From Macrostomum hystrix (lineage: Eukaryota > Animalia > Platyhelminthes), in NCBI GenBank assembly GCA_950097015.1, contig CATNEN010000001.1, positions 13,516,001-13,580,000 of the forward strand: DNA of 64,000 nucleotides. Reading direction: 5' to 3'. The notes below the pieces were generated by a model. The model was not told the origin of the DNA, searched no databases, and saw only the letters and a program-made list of their open reading frames with translations. Numbering within the stretch: the first letter of the stretch is position 1; every line of letters begins with the position of its first letter. Shown piece by piece: positions 34,501 through 49,079 of the stretch. The position numbers and the translations under genes were made by a program.

Positions 34501-36821
34501 TGGCCACCGAACTGTCCGGCCTGTTCGCTGGCGAATTGAACCCGGTGGCGCCCAAGGCCCAGCGGAAAGTTCCCCTACCGGAGGGCCTGGATTTGGACGC
34601 CTGGATCAACGAGCCACCGGCGCCGCCTAGGTTTGACATCGATGATAGCAGCAACAAAAAGCAGGCCAAGTTAAAGAAGAAGGCTAAAGAGGCTGCCGAA
34701 TCCAGCTCAGTTGCCGCTTCAGCGTCGAGCTATGCCAGCTCCGATCAGACGTCTTCATGGGGCGGCGGAGGCGGGGGTGAATTCGGTTCTGCAGTGTATC
34801 AGCAGGTCAGATCATCGCATATACATTTGATAGTCATCCGCCCACGCATTTAATAATCCATCAAATTCATACGCAAACGCATGTAGCAATCAAATTAATT
34901 CACCCGCCCCCGCATTTAATAATCCACCTTATTCACCCGCCCAGGCATTTAATAATCCACCTTATTCACCCGCCCACGCATTTAATTATCCATCCGCTAA
35001 CGCAATTTATAATCCACATTATTTACCCGCCCACGCATTTAATTATCCATCCACCCACGCATTTAATTATCCATCCGCTAACGCATTAATAATCCATCCG
35101 CCCACGCATTAATAATCCATCCGCCCACTCATCAGAGAACTCACCGGCCCATAGATCCCATATCTTTAACGATCCGCCCACTCACTGACCAATCGCAGCC
35201 GACTCAGGCCGAGCTGGCCGCCATGCGGGAGAATCGCTTACGCGAGCAAGCCAGCAATCCCAACTATTTGAAGCCGTCTGTTGCTGCGTCCAGGCGCGAC
35301 GAATCAGATCATTTCGGGCGCGACCTGAGCGAATACGAACAGCCTGCCGGAGATGGCGACCTGGACGACGACCAGTCACTGCCACGCGTTGACAGCCTCG
35401 ATAATACCGGCCTGACGCCTCTTCGCATTGAGGGCCTAACTTCGTCCGATAAAATCATGCACCAGCAGAAGCAGGAGATGCGCAATCGAAAGGCGAATCG
35501 AATCGCCGAGAAAGCCGCCGCCGCCGCGAGCGCGACCATCGACAAAGACGATACCGCCGCCAGGGACGGCAAGAATAAGAAGAAAAAGAAGACTAAGCGC
35601 CAACTGCAGAAGGAGAAGGCCAAGTCCATGGAGGCCGCAGAACAGAGGCGCAAGGATAACAATGACGAAGACGAAGACGACGACGACGACCTGCCGGTGG
35701 CGCACTCGGTGTCCATCACCTACGACATGCCCGAAGGCGCTGCGCCAGATTCCGACGCCGACGGCGATGCAGATCCCGCTTCTCGACTGGCGCCGGACGA
35801 TCCACATCGACAGCTGGCCGGCATCAAAATTGACGACATTGTTGGCCGCGGCGGCGGCCTCGCCGCTGCTCCGTTCGCTTCGCCCTCGACAGCAGCAGCA
35901 CCAGCTGAGGCTTCTCCAAAGAAGAAGTCGTCAACGACAATAAAGAAAAAGAAGAAGAAGGTAAAGTCTGATGCCGCCGCTGAGGGATTGGCAGAGGAAG
36001 ACCCGGCGAAATCCTCCACAAAGAAGTCCAAATCGGGCGGCAAGAAGACGTCCGCCAAGAAGACTAAGAAAGTGAAAGAAGAAAACAAGACAGAAGATCT
36101 GCTCCTGATGGCACTTGATGACGATGCTAGCAGTCAGCAGCAGTCCCGCCGTTTGTCTCCTTCACTCTGGCTGCCAATCGGTGAATCGCTCACATCTCGC
36201 ATCGAAATTTCCTGGCGTTGCGCCGATAGCAGCCTCGCCAGAGTTGACTTATCGTTTCGTATTGTGCCACTCTCCGATTCGGCTGTGACATCCGCCAGCC
36301 TAGAACTGGAAGGTCAGTCCACCGTGGCATTCAATGCCACCAGTCTTACGGCTATCGCCGTGGTGTCCGGCTTAGACGCCGAACTATTGAACAGGCCCGA
36401 TAATAAATTGAGAGCCAAGGTCTCCATCAATTGGTCCAACGATGTCGGCTCAACAGAGACGCAGCGAGTCAGGGTGCCCCGCCTGTGCCGTCTGGCGCCA
36501 GTAGCTATGACAGTTGAGCAGCTTCAGGCCGCACTGGCTGGTCAGCCACTGGCTCAGGCCTCGGCTAAATTAGACGGCTTGTCATTTGACGAGTGCCTGT
36601 CTCGTTGGGCCTGCCTGGCGCACGTGGTGCACCTGGAGCACGGCTCAGCGGCCACACTGCATTGCCGCAGCTGCGGACACGGCTCTGTATCGCTCTATCT
36701 GCTAGTGAAACGGCTAGGCGATAGAGTCTGCGGCTTGGAATTGAAATCAACAGACGGCCAGCTGGCTGCAGATTGCGCTTCGGAGGCTAAAAAACTATTG
36801 GTTAAATCGGCGATGGACTAA
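31538..36821 (+). CDS. AP3D1: AP-3 complex subunit delta, 4 exons: 31538-32715, 33369-33822, 34203-34805, 35199-36821
   Basis: DKNLQDLVRGIRNHK, KRIGYLAASQSF, ITNFEWY, LEVQERA, GELNPVAPKAQRKVPLPEGLDLDAWIN, EQASNPNYLK, Lys-rich hinge; junctions in frame. Confidence 0.95.
33216..33312 (+). mobile_element. tRNA-derived SINE, partial copy in AP3D1 intron 1
   Basis: A box TGGCAGAGCGG, B box GTTCGATTCC; aligns by eye with the 10641 copy. Confidence 0.7.
33832..34198 (+). mobile_element. SINE-headed insertion flanked by a 13-bp TSD, forming AP3D1 intron 2
   Basis: TCAGGTGAAGCTG at 33819-33831 and 34199-34211; the first ~150 bp match the SINE at 10641. Confidence 0.78.
34845..35130. repeat. Degenerate intronic tandem repeat (cgcatttaataatccatccgccca-like)
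   Basis: Recurrent motif through AP3D1 intron 3. Confidence 0.7.
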
Positions 36822-38481
36822 AGGGAAGGGCGTTTTTATTTGACAAGGTTTTTTTGATAATTTAACAATTCTGTTTAATCCCATCTGATGAACATCCTTT
36901 AAATTAAGCACCACAATGACACAGCGAATTGGTCAGTTAAATTCGTTTTTAGGGCTAATTGTTAAAACGGCCCTTTTTAGGCCCGTTTTAGTTCGTTTAG
37001 TTTCAGTTCTGCGAATAGCGCAAACTAAACGCGTCGAAATTTTTTAATTCCACCTAGGCAATTTGATAAAGAACTTCCAATTAACAAAATTTGATTTTTA
37101 AATCATATTTTAATTATCTAATGCACTAAGAACCCGAGCGTTGTCTGTTTGTCGATTTATTTTTCATTAATCGTCTAATATATATTTTGTCCGATTCTAC
37201 AAAATTTTAGTAGATTTTAAATCAATTATGAGTAGCAAAAGATGAAGGAATATATATCTTGCTGTTGTTTATTACAAGTCCATATTTTCCTTTATTTACT
37301 TAGAAGCTTAAATTGAATGCGTATTGAAAGATCTGAGTAAAATTCTTTATAATGATGCATAATAGCCAGTTAGAATGTTCAATTATTAAGTCTGTCTGTT
37401 TTCATTTGATTGATTGACATTGTTAATCTTCTCCTTGCACTACAAACGTCACCATTTCCCGCTAAAAATAGGCATGTTTCTTTGGGTGATTCCAGTTGGA
37501 ATCTGCGGTGTTTCCAGAAAAAGAAACAGCCGAACGCTGGAAACATACCAATCGGATGATTCCATGCTTAGAATCTACCCAACTGGGCGTTTTCTCGGGG
37601 CTTCTTGGTGGCGAAATGGAATCACCCAAAGAATCCTCCAGTTCGGAAGATTCCATGCTCAGAAACCGCCGAGGAATCGCCCGTAAATAATTCTCTGGCT
37701 GTCCCATGGACCACTGGTTCGGGTGATTCTTCGGCGGTTTCCGCACAATTTACGGTTACATCGGCTGCTTCCTGGGTGGTTTCTTTAACTCTTGCGAGAT
37801 AGGGGGGATTTTGGTAGATTCCACTCCTATTTTGCACAAAAAAACCGCCGAAGAAGCAGCCGAATTTTTTACAGGGTTGCGTTCCAATACAGTTTTCTTA
37901 ATCGGCCGCACAAAGAAATATTTTTTGAGCCTTTGAAAAGTTAGAAACTACGGTTACCCTGTTGTTGTTCAATAAACAATTCAATAGCTTAATTATTTGT
38001 GGTACAATTTGTAATTGTTTAAAATCAATATCTGATCAATACTCAAGTTAACACGGTTTTGCTTTACTGAACAAAAAACAAGCATTGTTTAACATGATTA
38101 TCTAAAATGCCTATTTACGAGTAGTAAAGTGCGATTTTAAACATATTTCCTGATTTAGTTTCACTTCTTGGTTGAGGTGCCTTTTGGCTCTAATATTTAA
38201 TCAGAATCACATTTATTTTTTCTGTCGTTTTGTTGGTCTGTCTTTAATAGTTTTTTGTTCTATTTAGTTTATCTCTTGTTGTGTTGATGGATTAGTATAA
38301 CGCGATCGTAATTATGATTATTTAAATATTATGGTTATAATGTTTTCTGATTAACAGTAGCCCTGCAGATTGGTGATATAATTCATTATTGATTAAAGAA
38401 CTGCATTAAATTTGTGTATTGAAGTTTAAAGTTTTTTACCATTGTAATGAGAAGATATAATAATATAGAAATTAATTGTTC

Positions 38482-39865
38482 TAGGCTAGGAGTGACAGGC
38501 AAGTATAGCTAGCCTAGGAGTGACAGGCAAGTATAGCCAGGCTAGGAGTGACAGGCAAGTATAGCCAGGCTAGGAGTGACAGGCAAGTGAAGCGAGGCTA
38601 GGAGTGACAGGCAAGTGAAGCCAGGCTAGGAGTGACAGGCAAGTGAAGCCAGGCTATGAGTGACAGGCAAGTATAGCCAGGCTAGGAGTGACAGGCAAGT
38701 GAAGCGAGGCTAGGAGTGACAGTCAAGTGAAGCCAGGCTAGGAGTGACAGTCAAGTGAAGCCAGGCTATGAGTGACAGTCAAGTGAAGCCAGGCTAGGAG
38801 TGACAGGCAAGTATAGCTAGCCTAGGAGTGACAGGCAAGTATAGCCAGGCTAGGAGTGACAGTCAAGTGAAGCCAGGCTAGTAGTGACAGGCAAGTATAG
38901 CTAGACTATCAGTGACAGGCAAGTATAGCCAGGCTAGGAGTGACAGGCAAGTGAAGCGAGGCTAGGAGTGACAGGCAAGTGAAGCCAGGCTATGAGTGAC
39001 AGGCAAGTATAGCCAGGCTAGGAGTGACAGGCAAGTGAAGCGAGGCTAGGAGTGACAGGCAAGTGAAGCCAGGCTAGGAGTGACAGTCATGAATAGCTAG
39101 ACTAAGAGTGACAGGCAAGTATAGCTAGGCTAGGAGTGACAGGCAAGTATAGCTAGGCTAGAAGTGACAGGCAAGAATAGCTAGACTACGAGTGACAGGC
39201 AAGTATAGCCAGGCTATGAGTGACAGGCAAGTGAAGCCAGGCTAGGAGTGACAGTCAAGTGAAGCCAGGCTAGGAGTGACAGGCAAGTGAAGCCAGGCTA
39301 GGAGTGACAGACAAGTGAAGCCAGGCTAGGAGTGACAGGCAAGTGAAGCCAAGGAGTGACAGGCAAGTGAAGCCAGGCTAGAAGTGACAGGCAAGTGTAG
39401 CTAGGCTAGGAGTGACAGGCAAGTGAAGCCAGGCTAGGAGTGACAGGCAAGTGAAGCCAGGCTATGAGTGACAGGCAAGTATAGCTAGACTATCAGTGAC
39501 AGGCAAGTATAGCCAGGCTAGGAGTGACAGGCAAGTGGAGCCAAGGAGTGACAGGCAAGTGAAGCCAGGCTATGAGTGACAGGCAAGTATAGCTAGACTA
39601 TCAGTGACAGGCAAGTATAGCCAGGCTAGGAGTGACAGGCAAGTGAAGCCAAGGAGTGACAGGCAAGTGAAGCCAGGCTAGAAGTGACAGGCAAGTATAG
39701 CTAGACTATCAGTGACAGGCAAGTATAGCCAGGCTAGGAGTGACAGGCAAGTGTAGCTAGGCTAGGAGTGACAGGCATGTGTAGACTAGGCTAGGAGTGA
39801 CTGGCATGTGTAGACTAGGCTAGGAGTGACAGGCATGTGTAGACTAGGCTGAGTGACAGGCAATT
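38482..39865. repeat. 28-bp minisatellite (aggctaggagtgacaggcaagtgaagcc)
   Basis: About 1.4 kb of tandem units upstream of the ZDHHC coding start. Confidence 0.95.
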
Positions 39866-40045
39866 GTTGCCAGACTATGAACAGGCTACAATTCCCAGGT
39901 TCTTCATCTGTCAGTCGCGTTAAGGTTATGCAACCTAGCTAATAATCTGTCTCATTACAGCCAATCGCAGTCCAGATGCTTGTTGCGGACTAGCACTCAG
40001 AAATCGCAGTGATTAGCCAATCATAATTCAGCCAATAACCGTGGC

Positions 40046-43000
40046 ATGTTCAACTATCGCGGACCGGTGCTGCCGAATGGCGGCTCGATCACCACAGCTC
40101 CTAGTCAAGCTGTGCCCTTCGTGACCGCCTCTCACCTGCAGCAACAGCTGACCGGATCAAATACTGCACAGGCTGCTGCTGCTGCTGCTGCTGCTGCAGA
40201 AATCTCAGTCGGAGATGCCGTTGCTAGTTGGTCAGCGGCGCAGATTACCCACCTGCTGACTGTACGGCCCGCCGATGCTGTGAATGAGCGCGGCTGGAAC
40301 GGCCTGACACCGCTGCACCGAGCCTGTCTGCGAGGCCAGGCTGACATTGTTGACTGCCTGCTGGTCAGGGGTGCTCAACCTGGAGCAGCTAGCGATGCTG
40401 GCGAAACTCCCATGCACTGCGCTGCTCGGCGGGGCAATCCACAGGTAATGCGATGCTGTTTGCGCTATCTCGGATCCTCGGGTTTGAGTAGCTTCTATCC
40501 CAGATCCTCAGGTTTGAGTAGCTCCTATCCCAGATTCTCAGGTTTGAGTAGCTCCTATCCCAGATTCTCAGGTTTGAGTAGCTTCTATCCCAGATTCTCA
40601 GGTTTGAGTAGCTTCTATCCCAGATCCTCAGGTTTGAGTAGCTTCTATTCCAGATCCTCAGGTTTGAGTAGCTCCTATCCCAGATTCTCAGGTTTGAGTA
40701 GCTTCTATCCCAGATTCTCAGGTTTGAGTAGCTCCTATCCCAGATTCTCAGGTTTGAGTAGCTTCTATCCCAGATTCTCAGGTTTGAGTAGCTTCTATTC
40801 CAGATTCTCAGGTTTGAGTAGCTTCTATTCCAGATATCCCAGGTTTGAGTAGCTTCTATTCCAGATCCTCAGGTTTGAGTAGCTCCTATCCCAGATTCTC
40901 AGGTTTGAGTAGCTTCTATCCCAGATTCTCAGGTTTGAGTAGCTTCTATTCCAGATTCTCAGGTTTGAGTAGCTTCTATTCCAGATCCTCAGGTTTGAGT
41001 AGCTTCTATCCCAGATTCTCAGGTTTGAGTAGCTTCTATTCCAGATTCTCAGGTTTGAGTAGCTTCTATTCCAGATATCCCAGGTTTGAGTAGCTTCTAT
41101 TCCAGATCCTCAGGTTTGAGTAGCTCCTATCCCAGATTCTCAGGTTTGAGTAGCTTCTATCCCAGATTCTCAGGTTTGAGTAGCTTCTATTCCAGATTCT
41201 CAGGTTTGAGTAGCTTCTATTCCAGATCCTCAGGTTTGAGTAGCTCCTATCCCAGATTCTCAGGTTTGAGTAGCTTCTATCCCAGATATCCCAGGTTTGA
41301 GTAGCTTCTATCCCAGATTCTCAGGTTTGAGTAGCTTCTATCCCAGATCCTCAGGTTTGAGTAGCTCTTTCCCAGATATCCCAGGTTTGAGTAGCTTCTA
41401 TCCCAGATTCTCAGGTTTGAGTAGCTTCTATTCCAGATATCCCAGGTTTGAGTAGCTTCTATTCCAGATCCTCAGGTTTGAGTAGCTCCTATCCCAGATT
41501 CTCAGGTTTGAGTAGCTTCTATTCCAGATGTCCCAGGTTTGAGTAGCTTCTATCCCAGATCCTCAGGTTTGAGTAGCTCTATCCCAGATATCCCAGGTTT
41601 GAGTGGCTTCTATCCCAGATCCTCAGGTTTGAGCAGACAGTATCCCAGATCCCAGGTTTGAGCAGACAGTATCCCAGATCCTCAGGTTTGAGCAGACAGT
41701 ATCCCAGCATCTGCTCGGCATCAAAGTTAGCTTATAGTTTCCACCCACCCCCCAAACTGCAGGTGCTGGAAGCCCTGCTGCGCACAGGCACAGATCCGCT
41801 GCCTCGCGACCGCCTTGGCAAACTGCCGTCGCATCACGCAGCCTCCAACGGCTCATTATTCAGCCTGCTGTATTTGGAGCTCAGCCTGGCCTCGCAAACC
41901 CAATCCCAATCTATGTTTGAAGCGGCAGATTTGGCTGGCCGAACACCGCTGCACTATGCTGTGCAGCACGATCACGAAGTGGCTGTGCTGGCTCTTCTAA
42001 GACACCGCCGTTGCAGTCCGCTTATCGCTGATCAGGCCGGCGACACGCCGCTCCACCTGGCAGCCAGGCTTGGCCGCGCGCACCTGTGCTACCTGTTGTT
42101 GCTAGGCGAGCCTGGCAGCAATTGGGCCCAGAAACTGCTGGCCCAGTCTAATCGAGCCGGTCGGTCGGCTATCGATGAAGTGACAGCTGCCAGTGCTTCT
42201 AAGCCAGCAGAATCAAAGCCCGGCTTGGACTTTGTCGATCCTCATCGACTAGCTTCAACTGGCAGGTTCTTGAGGATGATGCGAATGGCTGGCAGTGCGG
42301 CAAAGATGAGATGTAGGATTCAACTTTCCTGGCTCTTGGTGACTTGATGAATGACTGACCACGTGACCAAAAATCATTCCTAATGACCAAAATCTGCGAA
42401 TATCCAATGACCGAAATCTACAAAACCCCAATGACCGAAATCTACGAATCTCTAATGACCGAAATCCACGAATCCCTAATGACCGAAATCTACGAACCCC
42501 CAATGACCGAAATCTACGAATCCCTAACGACCGAAATCCACTAATCCCTAATGACCGAAATCTACGAATCTCTAATGACCGAAATCCACGAATCCCTAAT
42601 GACCGAAATCTACGAACCCCTTATAACCGAAATCTACAAATCCCTAATGACCGAAATCTACGAACCCCTTATAATCGAAATCTACGAATCCCCAATGACC
42701 GAAATCTACGAATCCCTTATGATCGAAATCTACGAATCCCCAATGATCGAAATCTACGAATCCCCAATGACCGAAATCTACGAACCCCTTATGATCGAAA
42801 TCTACGAATCCCCAATGACCGAAGTCTACGAACCCCTTATAATCGAAATCTACGAATCCCCAATGACCGAAATCTACGAATCCCTTATGATCGAAATCTA
42901 CGAATCCCCAATGATCGAAATCTACGAATCACCAATGACCGAAATCTACGAACCCCTTATGATCGAAATCTACGAATCCCCAATGACCGAAATCTACGAA

Positions 43001-46000
43001 CCCCTTATGATCGAAATCTACGAATCCCCAATGACCGAAGTCTACGAACCCCTTATAATCGAAATCTACGAATCCCCAATGACCGAAATCTACGAACCCC
43101 TTATGATCGAAATCTACGAATCCCCAATGACCGAAATCTACGAGCCCCTTATGATCGAAATCTACGAATCCCCAATGACCGAAATCTACGAGCCCCTTAT
43201 GATCGAAATCTACGAATCGCCAATGACCGAAATCTACAAATCCCTAATAACCGAAATCTACGAATCTCTAATGACCGAAATCCACGAATCCCTAATGACC
43301 GAAATCTACGAATCCCCAATGACCGAAATCTACGAGCCCCTTATGACCGAAATCTACGAATCTCTAATGACCGAAATCCACGAATCCCTAATGACCGAAA
43401 TTTACAAATCCTAATGATCGTCATCTAAAGTTCCTGAACTTTCCAAAGCCGAAATCCATTAATCACAAAATCATTGAGAGGATTATTGAGTCACTGCCAT
43501 CACCTCCTGTTCCGCAGTGCTGTTGCGCCTCATCTGGTTGCTGACCCTGGCAGCTCCATTCTCAATGTTCGCCCTGGCGCTGCTGCTGTCTCGCTTCTGT
43601 TTCCCATTGGCCTACGCGCCCTACCTGCTAACTAGCGGCACAGTTGGAGCCGTGACATTCACGCGCAGCCAGAGCCACCGCATGGCCAATGCGGCTAAGC
43701 AGCCGAATCCGGCATATTTTGGAGCATTCCTAGCCGGCTTCGCCCACACAATGCTCTGCTATTTTGTCAGATGCGCAGTTAGGCCTGATGTTGGCTACCA
43801 TGCAACTGGCACTTGGCTACACTGGTCCGCTCTGCTCTGCCTGCCTGTGAGACACTCGACAACTATTTCACCTGATGCTAGGAAGTTTACATCCTACTCA
43901 AATAGACAATTGTTGTGAATCACCCTTAATATCACTATGATACTTTGAGATCATCCTTAATCACTACGATCATCACTATGAGATGATCATCCATAATATC
44001 ACTATGCGATTTTGAGTTCATCCTTAATGCCAACTATGAGATTTTGAGATCATCCTTAATATCACTATGAGATTTTGAGATCATCCTTAATATCACTAAG
44101 AGATTTTGAGTTCATCCTTAATATCACTATGCGATTTTGAGATCATCCTTAATATCACTATGAGATTTTGAGTTCATCCTTAATATCACTAAGAGATTTT
44201 GAGTTCATCCTTAATATCACTATGATACTTTGAGATCATCCTTAATATCACTATGAGATTTTGAGTTCATCCTTAATATCACTATGATACTTTGAGATCA
44301 TCCTTAATATCACTATGAGATTTTGAGTTCATCCTTAATATCACTATGATACTTTGAGATCATCCTTAATATCACTATGATACTTTGAGATCATCCTTAA
44401 TATCACTATGATACTTTGAGATCATCCTTAATATCACTATGAGATTTTGAGTTCATCCTTAATATCACTATGATACTTTGAGATCAGCCTTAATATCACT
44501 ATGAGATTTTGAGTTCATCCTTAATATCACTATGAGATTTTGAGTTCATCCTTAATATCACTATGAGATTTTGAGTTCATCCTTAATATCACTATGAGAT
44601 TTTGAGATCATCCTTAATATCACTATGCGATTTTGAGATCATCCTTAATATCACTATGAGATTTTGAGTTCATCCTTAATATCACTAAGAGATTTTGAGT
44701 TCATCCTTAATATCACTATGATACTTTGAGATCATCCTTAATATCACTATGAGATTTTGAGTTCATCCTTAATATCACTATGATACTTTGAGATCATCCT
44801 TAATATCACTATGATACTTTGAGATCATCCTTAATATCACTATGATACTTTGAGATCATCCTTAATATCACTATGAGATTTTGAGTTCATCCTTAATATC
44901 ACTATGATACTTTGAGATCAGCCTTAATATCACTATGAGATTTTGAGTTCATCCTTAATATCACTATGAGATTTTGAGTTCATCCTTAATATCACTATGA
45001 GATTTTGAGTTCATCCTTAATATCACTATGAGATTTTGAGATCATCCTTAATATCACTATGAGATTTTGAGATCATCCTTAATATCACTATGATACTTTG
45101 AGATCATCCTTAATATCACTATGAGATTTTGAGTTCATCCTTAATATCACTATGATACTTTGAGATCATCCTTAATATCACTATGATACTTTGAGATCAT
45201 CCTTAATATCACTATGATACTTTGAGATCAGCCTTAATATCACTATGAGATTTTGAGTTCATCCTTAATATCACTATGAGATTTTGAGTTCATCCTTAAT
45301 ATCACTATGATACTTTGAGATCATCCTTAATATCACTATGAGATTTTGAGATCATCCTTAATATCACTATGATACTTTGAGATCATCCTTAATATCACTA
45401 TGAGATTTTGAGTTCATCCTTAATATCACTATGATACTTTGAGATCATCCTTAATATCACTATGATACTTTGAGATCATCCTTAATATCACTATGATACT
45501 TTGAGATCATCCTTAATATCACTATGATACTTTGAGATCAGCCTTAATATCACTAAGAGATTTTGAGTTCATCCTTAATATCACTATGCGATTTTGAGAT
45601 CATCCTTAATATCACTATGAGATTTTGAGTTCATCCTTATTATCACTAAGAGATTTTGAGTTCATCCTTAATATCACTATGATACTTTGAGATCATCCTT
45701 AATATCACTATGAGATTTTGAGTTCATCCTTAATATCACTATGAGATTTTGAGATCATCCTTAATATCACTATGAGATTTTGAGATCATCCTTAATATCA
45801 CTATGATACTTTGAGATCATCCTTAATATCACTATGAGATTTTGAGTTCATCCTTAATATCACTATGATACTTTGAGATCATCCTTAATATCACTATGAT
45901 ACTTTGAGATCATCCTTAATATCACTATGATACTTTGAGATCATCCTTAATATCACTATGAGATTTTGAGTTCATCCTTAATATCACTATGATACTTTGA

Positions 46001-47643
46001 GATCAGCCTTAATATCACTATGAGATTTTGAGTTCATCCTTAATATCACTATGAGATTTTGAGTTCATCCTTAATATCACTATGAGATTTTGAGTTCATC
46101 CTTAATATCACTATGAGATTTTGAGATCATCCTTAATATCACTATGAGATTTTGAGATCATCCTTAATATCACTATGATACTTTGAGATCATCCTTAATA
46201 TCACTATGAGATTTTGAGTTCATCCTTAATATCACTATGATACTTTGAGATCATCCTTAATATCACTATGATACTTTGAGATCATCCTTAATATCACTAT
46301 GATACTTTGAGATCAGCCTTAATATCACTATGAGATTTTGAGTTCATCCTTAATATCACTATGAGATTTTGAGTTCATCCTTAATATCACTATGATACTT
46401 TGAGATCATCCTTAATATCACTATGATACTTTGAGATCATCCTTAATATCACTATGAGATTTTGACATCATCCTTAAACTCACTATGAGATTCTGAGATC
46501 ATCCTTAAACTCACTATGAGATTTTGAGATCATCCTTAAACTCACTATGAGATTCTGAGATCATCCTTAATTGCACTATGAGATTTGAGATTTTGAGATC
46601 ATCCTTAAACTCACTATGAGATTCTGAGATCATCCTTAATTGCACTATGAGATTTGAGATTTTGAGATCATCCTTAAACTCACTATGAGATTCTGAGATC
46701 ATCCTTAATTGCACTATGAGATTTGAGATTTTGAGATCATCCTTAATGGCACTATGAAATTTAAAAAATCATTGCAAATCAGTCTATTAAATAATAAAAA
46801 ACTTAAATCTTACAATTGGATTTCCAAATTTTCCTTGATCTCACAGTGAAATTTTAGATCACTCTTTATCTCGCTATGAGATTTCGATTTTATTGCTACA
46901 AATCAGTGATGCTATAATCAGCCCACAATCTCACCCAATCTCAAGACCAACCATTTAAAATCCCCAACCCGCAGCTATTCTGCCTGCTGTACACTCTGCT
47001 CCTAGTTCGTGATCCCGGCTGGGCTGACACCACCGAGCCCGCTGAGCTCCGACCGGACGGCCGGCCGGTGAACCTGATCGATCTGGTCCGAGACCGCCGG
47101 TCCCTAGCCGACAGCTTCTGCCCCAGCTGCGAGAGATGCCAATCTAGCGAACGGACCAAGCATTGCAAGCTGTGCAACAGGTGCGTGCTGGACCTGGATC
47201 ATCACTGCCTGTTCCTGATGCGCTGTGTGGCCAAAGCCAATCTCAGATTGTTCGCTTGCTTCATGCTGCTAGCCTGGTACGGCGTGTCCGCCTTTCTCAT
47301 GGCCGCCTACCGGTTTTACAGTCACCTGTACGGCCCATTGCCATCTGTGACTGACAATTCATTCTTAAGCATTCACGCTGGAAATCTATTGAATTTCTAT
47401 TATCAAGAGCCCTGGATATTTCACGCTGTGTTGCTGAATGTTGGCTCCTGGTTCTTCGGCGTCTACATGAACTATTACAATCTGTCGAATTTGTCTATGG
47501 GCCAGACCTATTTCTTCCGGGTGCAGCGGCCAGTCAGCATTCTGGGCCGCGTTCGCAATCTGTACTATTTCTTTGCCACTGGCCGCGTGTTTGCCAGCGG
47601 TGACTTCGCTGTACCCTACAGTCATGCGGCTGACCTGCTCTGA
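40046..47643 (+). CDS. Ankyrin-repeat DHHC palmitoyltransferase (ZDHHC13/17-like), 4 exons: 40046-40444, 41763-42312, 43518-43846, 46975-47643
   Basis: Ankyrin repeats (GLTPLHRAC, GETPMHCAA, GRTPLHYAV, GDTPLHLAA), TM segments, DPG motif and HCKLCNRCVLDLDHHC. The exon 2 donor was chosen by phase and is less certain. Confidence 0.87.
40470..41705. repeat. 30-31-bp intronic minisatellite (cagattctcaggtttgagtagcttctatcc)
   Basis: Tandem array; same family as 53985-55700. Confidence 0.95.
42380..43415. repeat. 24-bp intronic minisatellite (atgaccgaaatctacgaatcccca)
   Basis: Tandem array; produces the spurious MTEIYESP ORF. Confidence 0.95.
43915..46760. repeat. 31-bp intronic minisatellite (gagatcatccttaatatcactatgagatttt)
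   Basis: About 2.8 kb of tandem units. Confidence 0.96.
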
Positions 47644-47714
47644 CTTTTGACCTAATGAGGACTGCTCTATGATATCCACTGTTTGATTATACATCCTAGC
47701 TGTGCACCACGGTC

Positions 47715-48245
47715 TCACAGTATACTCTGACTCCAAGCCAATCTCTACCCACCACCCCACAATGTACACTTTAGATCCAAGCCAATCTCTACCCACCACC
47801 CCACAATGTACACTCTGGCTCCAAGTCAACCTCTACCCACCACCCCACAATGTACACTTTAGATCCAAGCCAACCTCCACCCACCACCCCACAATGTACA
47901 CTTTAGATCCAAGCCAACCTCCACCCGCCACCCCACTATGTACACTTTAGATCCAAGCCAACCTCCACCCGCCACCCCACAATGTACACTTTAGATCCAA
48001 GCCAACCTCCACCCACCACCCCACAATGTAGACTTTAGATCCAAGCCAACCTCCACCCACCACCCCACAATGTACACTTTAGATCCAAGCCAGCCTCGAC
48101 TCACCACCCCACAATGTACACTCTGACCAACATCATTACAACGTACACTCTGACCAACATCATTACAACGTACACTCTGACCAACATCATTGCAACGTAC
48201 ACTCTGACCAACATCATTGCAACGTACAATGTCGTTACAATGTAC
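47715..48245. repeat. ~43-bp tandem repeat (ccaccaccccacaatgtacactttagatccaagccaacc..) grading into a 26-bp unit
   Basis: Tandem array downstream of the ZDHHC stop; related to the 49340-50290 array. Confidence 0.85.
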
Positions 48246-49079
48246 AGTCGTTTAAAAAATAATATCTGTGTAGATTCTTTTTTAAATAATTAAAATTGTG
48301 TTATAAATATCAAAGCACTTTTTCACAAAAACTGTTGGTAGCATCACTTCAGTTAGTTTTCTGCTTCTATAACTTTTTTTTCTAGTTTTCTTTCTTAACT
48401 TTTGAATTGCATCTATCAATCACTTTATTGCCTACTCGATGGTCAGTCTTGATTTGTTATATAATGCAGTAACTAAGCTTATATAATTGTCTTTCTCTGC
48501 TTATCAACTAACGCTAGGTGAGCTTGCTGTTGAGGATAACATTCTGTTAAATCAGATCAGTTACTGGCTACTGACTCAATATAGAGTAGACAGTAATGTG
48601 TATTTTGCATTAATTTAGCTATTAAAATATCTTTCCTTTGCTTTCGTGCAACATTTCCATAAAAATCTCATTTCTTGTCGCACACTTCTACAAGCTCTTG
48701 TAGTACTACTTGATTATTACTATTTTAGTAGTATGAGCTATATTTATTTTTTGGTTCATATTTATAATGTAATGCCTAAACGTGACATTGCATGCATTGC
48801 TTTTTTAAATAAACATAGGCCTACTTACTGTAGATTATATTATGAAGCTCAAGTTTTTGTACAAGCTTGTTATTTATCTGTTAAATTGCTTCAGTAAAGT
48901 GTCACACTTGATCAAATGAAGCGATGGGGGTTACTCAAGTGTCTTGCTCAATGATGCAATCTGATTGGAGCTCTATAACCTCCCTCCATTTCAGCCATTC
49001 ATCAGCAATGCAATCATTGTTCTTTAACATCAGTCTATCTTGACCATCAGCATTGAAACAGTCCTGTGTGCCATCAGTG

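Noticed and set aside
37460-37880. Possible MITE or DNA-transposon fragment with internal inverted motifs (aaaccgccga / tcggcggttt)
   Set aside because: No matching pair of terminal inverted repeats or TSD could be identified.
42551-43414. 287-aa MTEIYESP repeat ORF
   Set aside because: Translation of a 24-bp intronic minisatellite; the ZDHHC gene splices around it.
43915-46760. CRISPR-like regular repeats (also the other 28-31-bp arrays)
   Set aside because: Units are contiguous with no unique spacers, there are no cas genes, and the context is eukaryotic introns.
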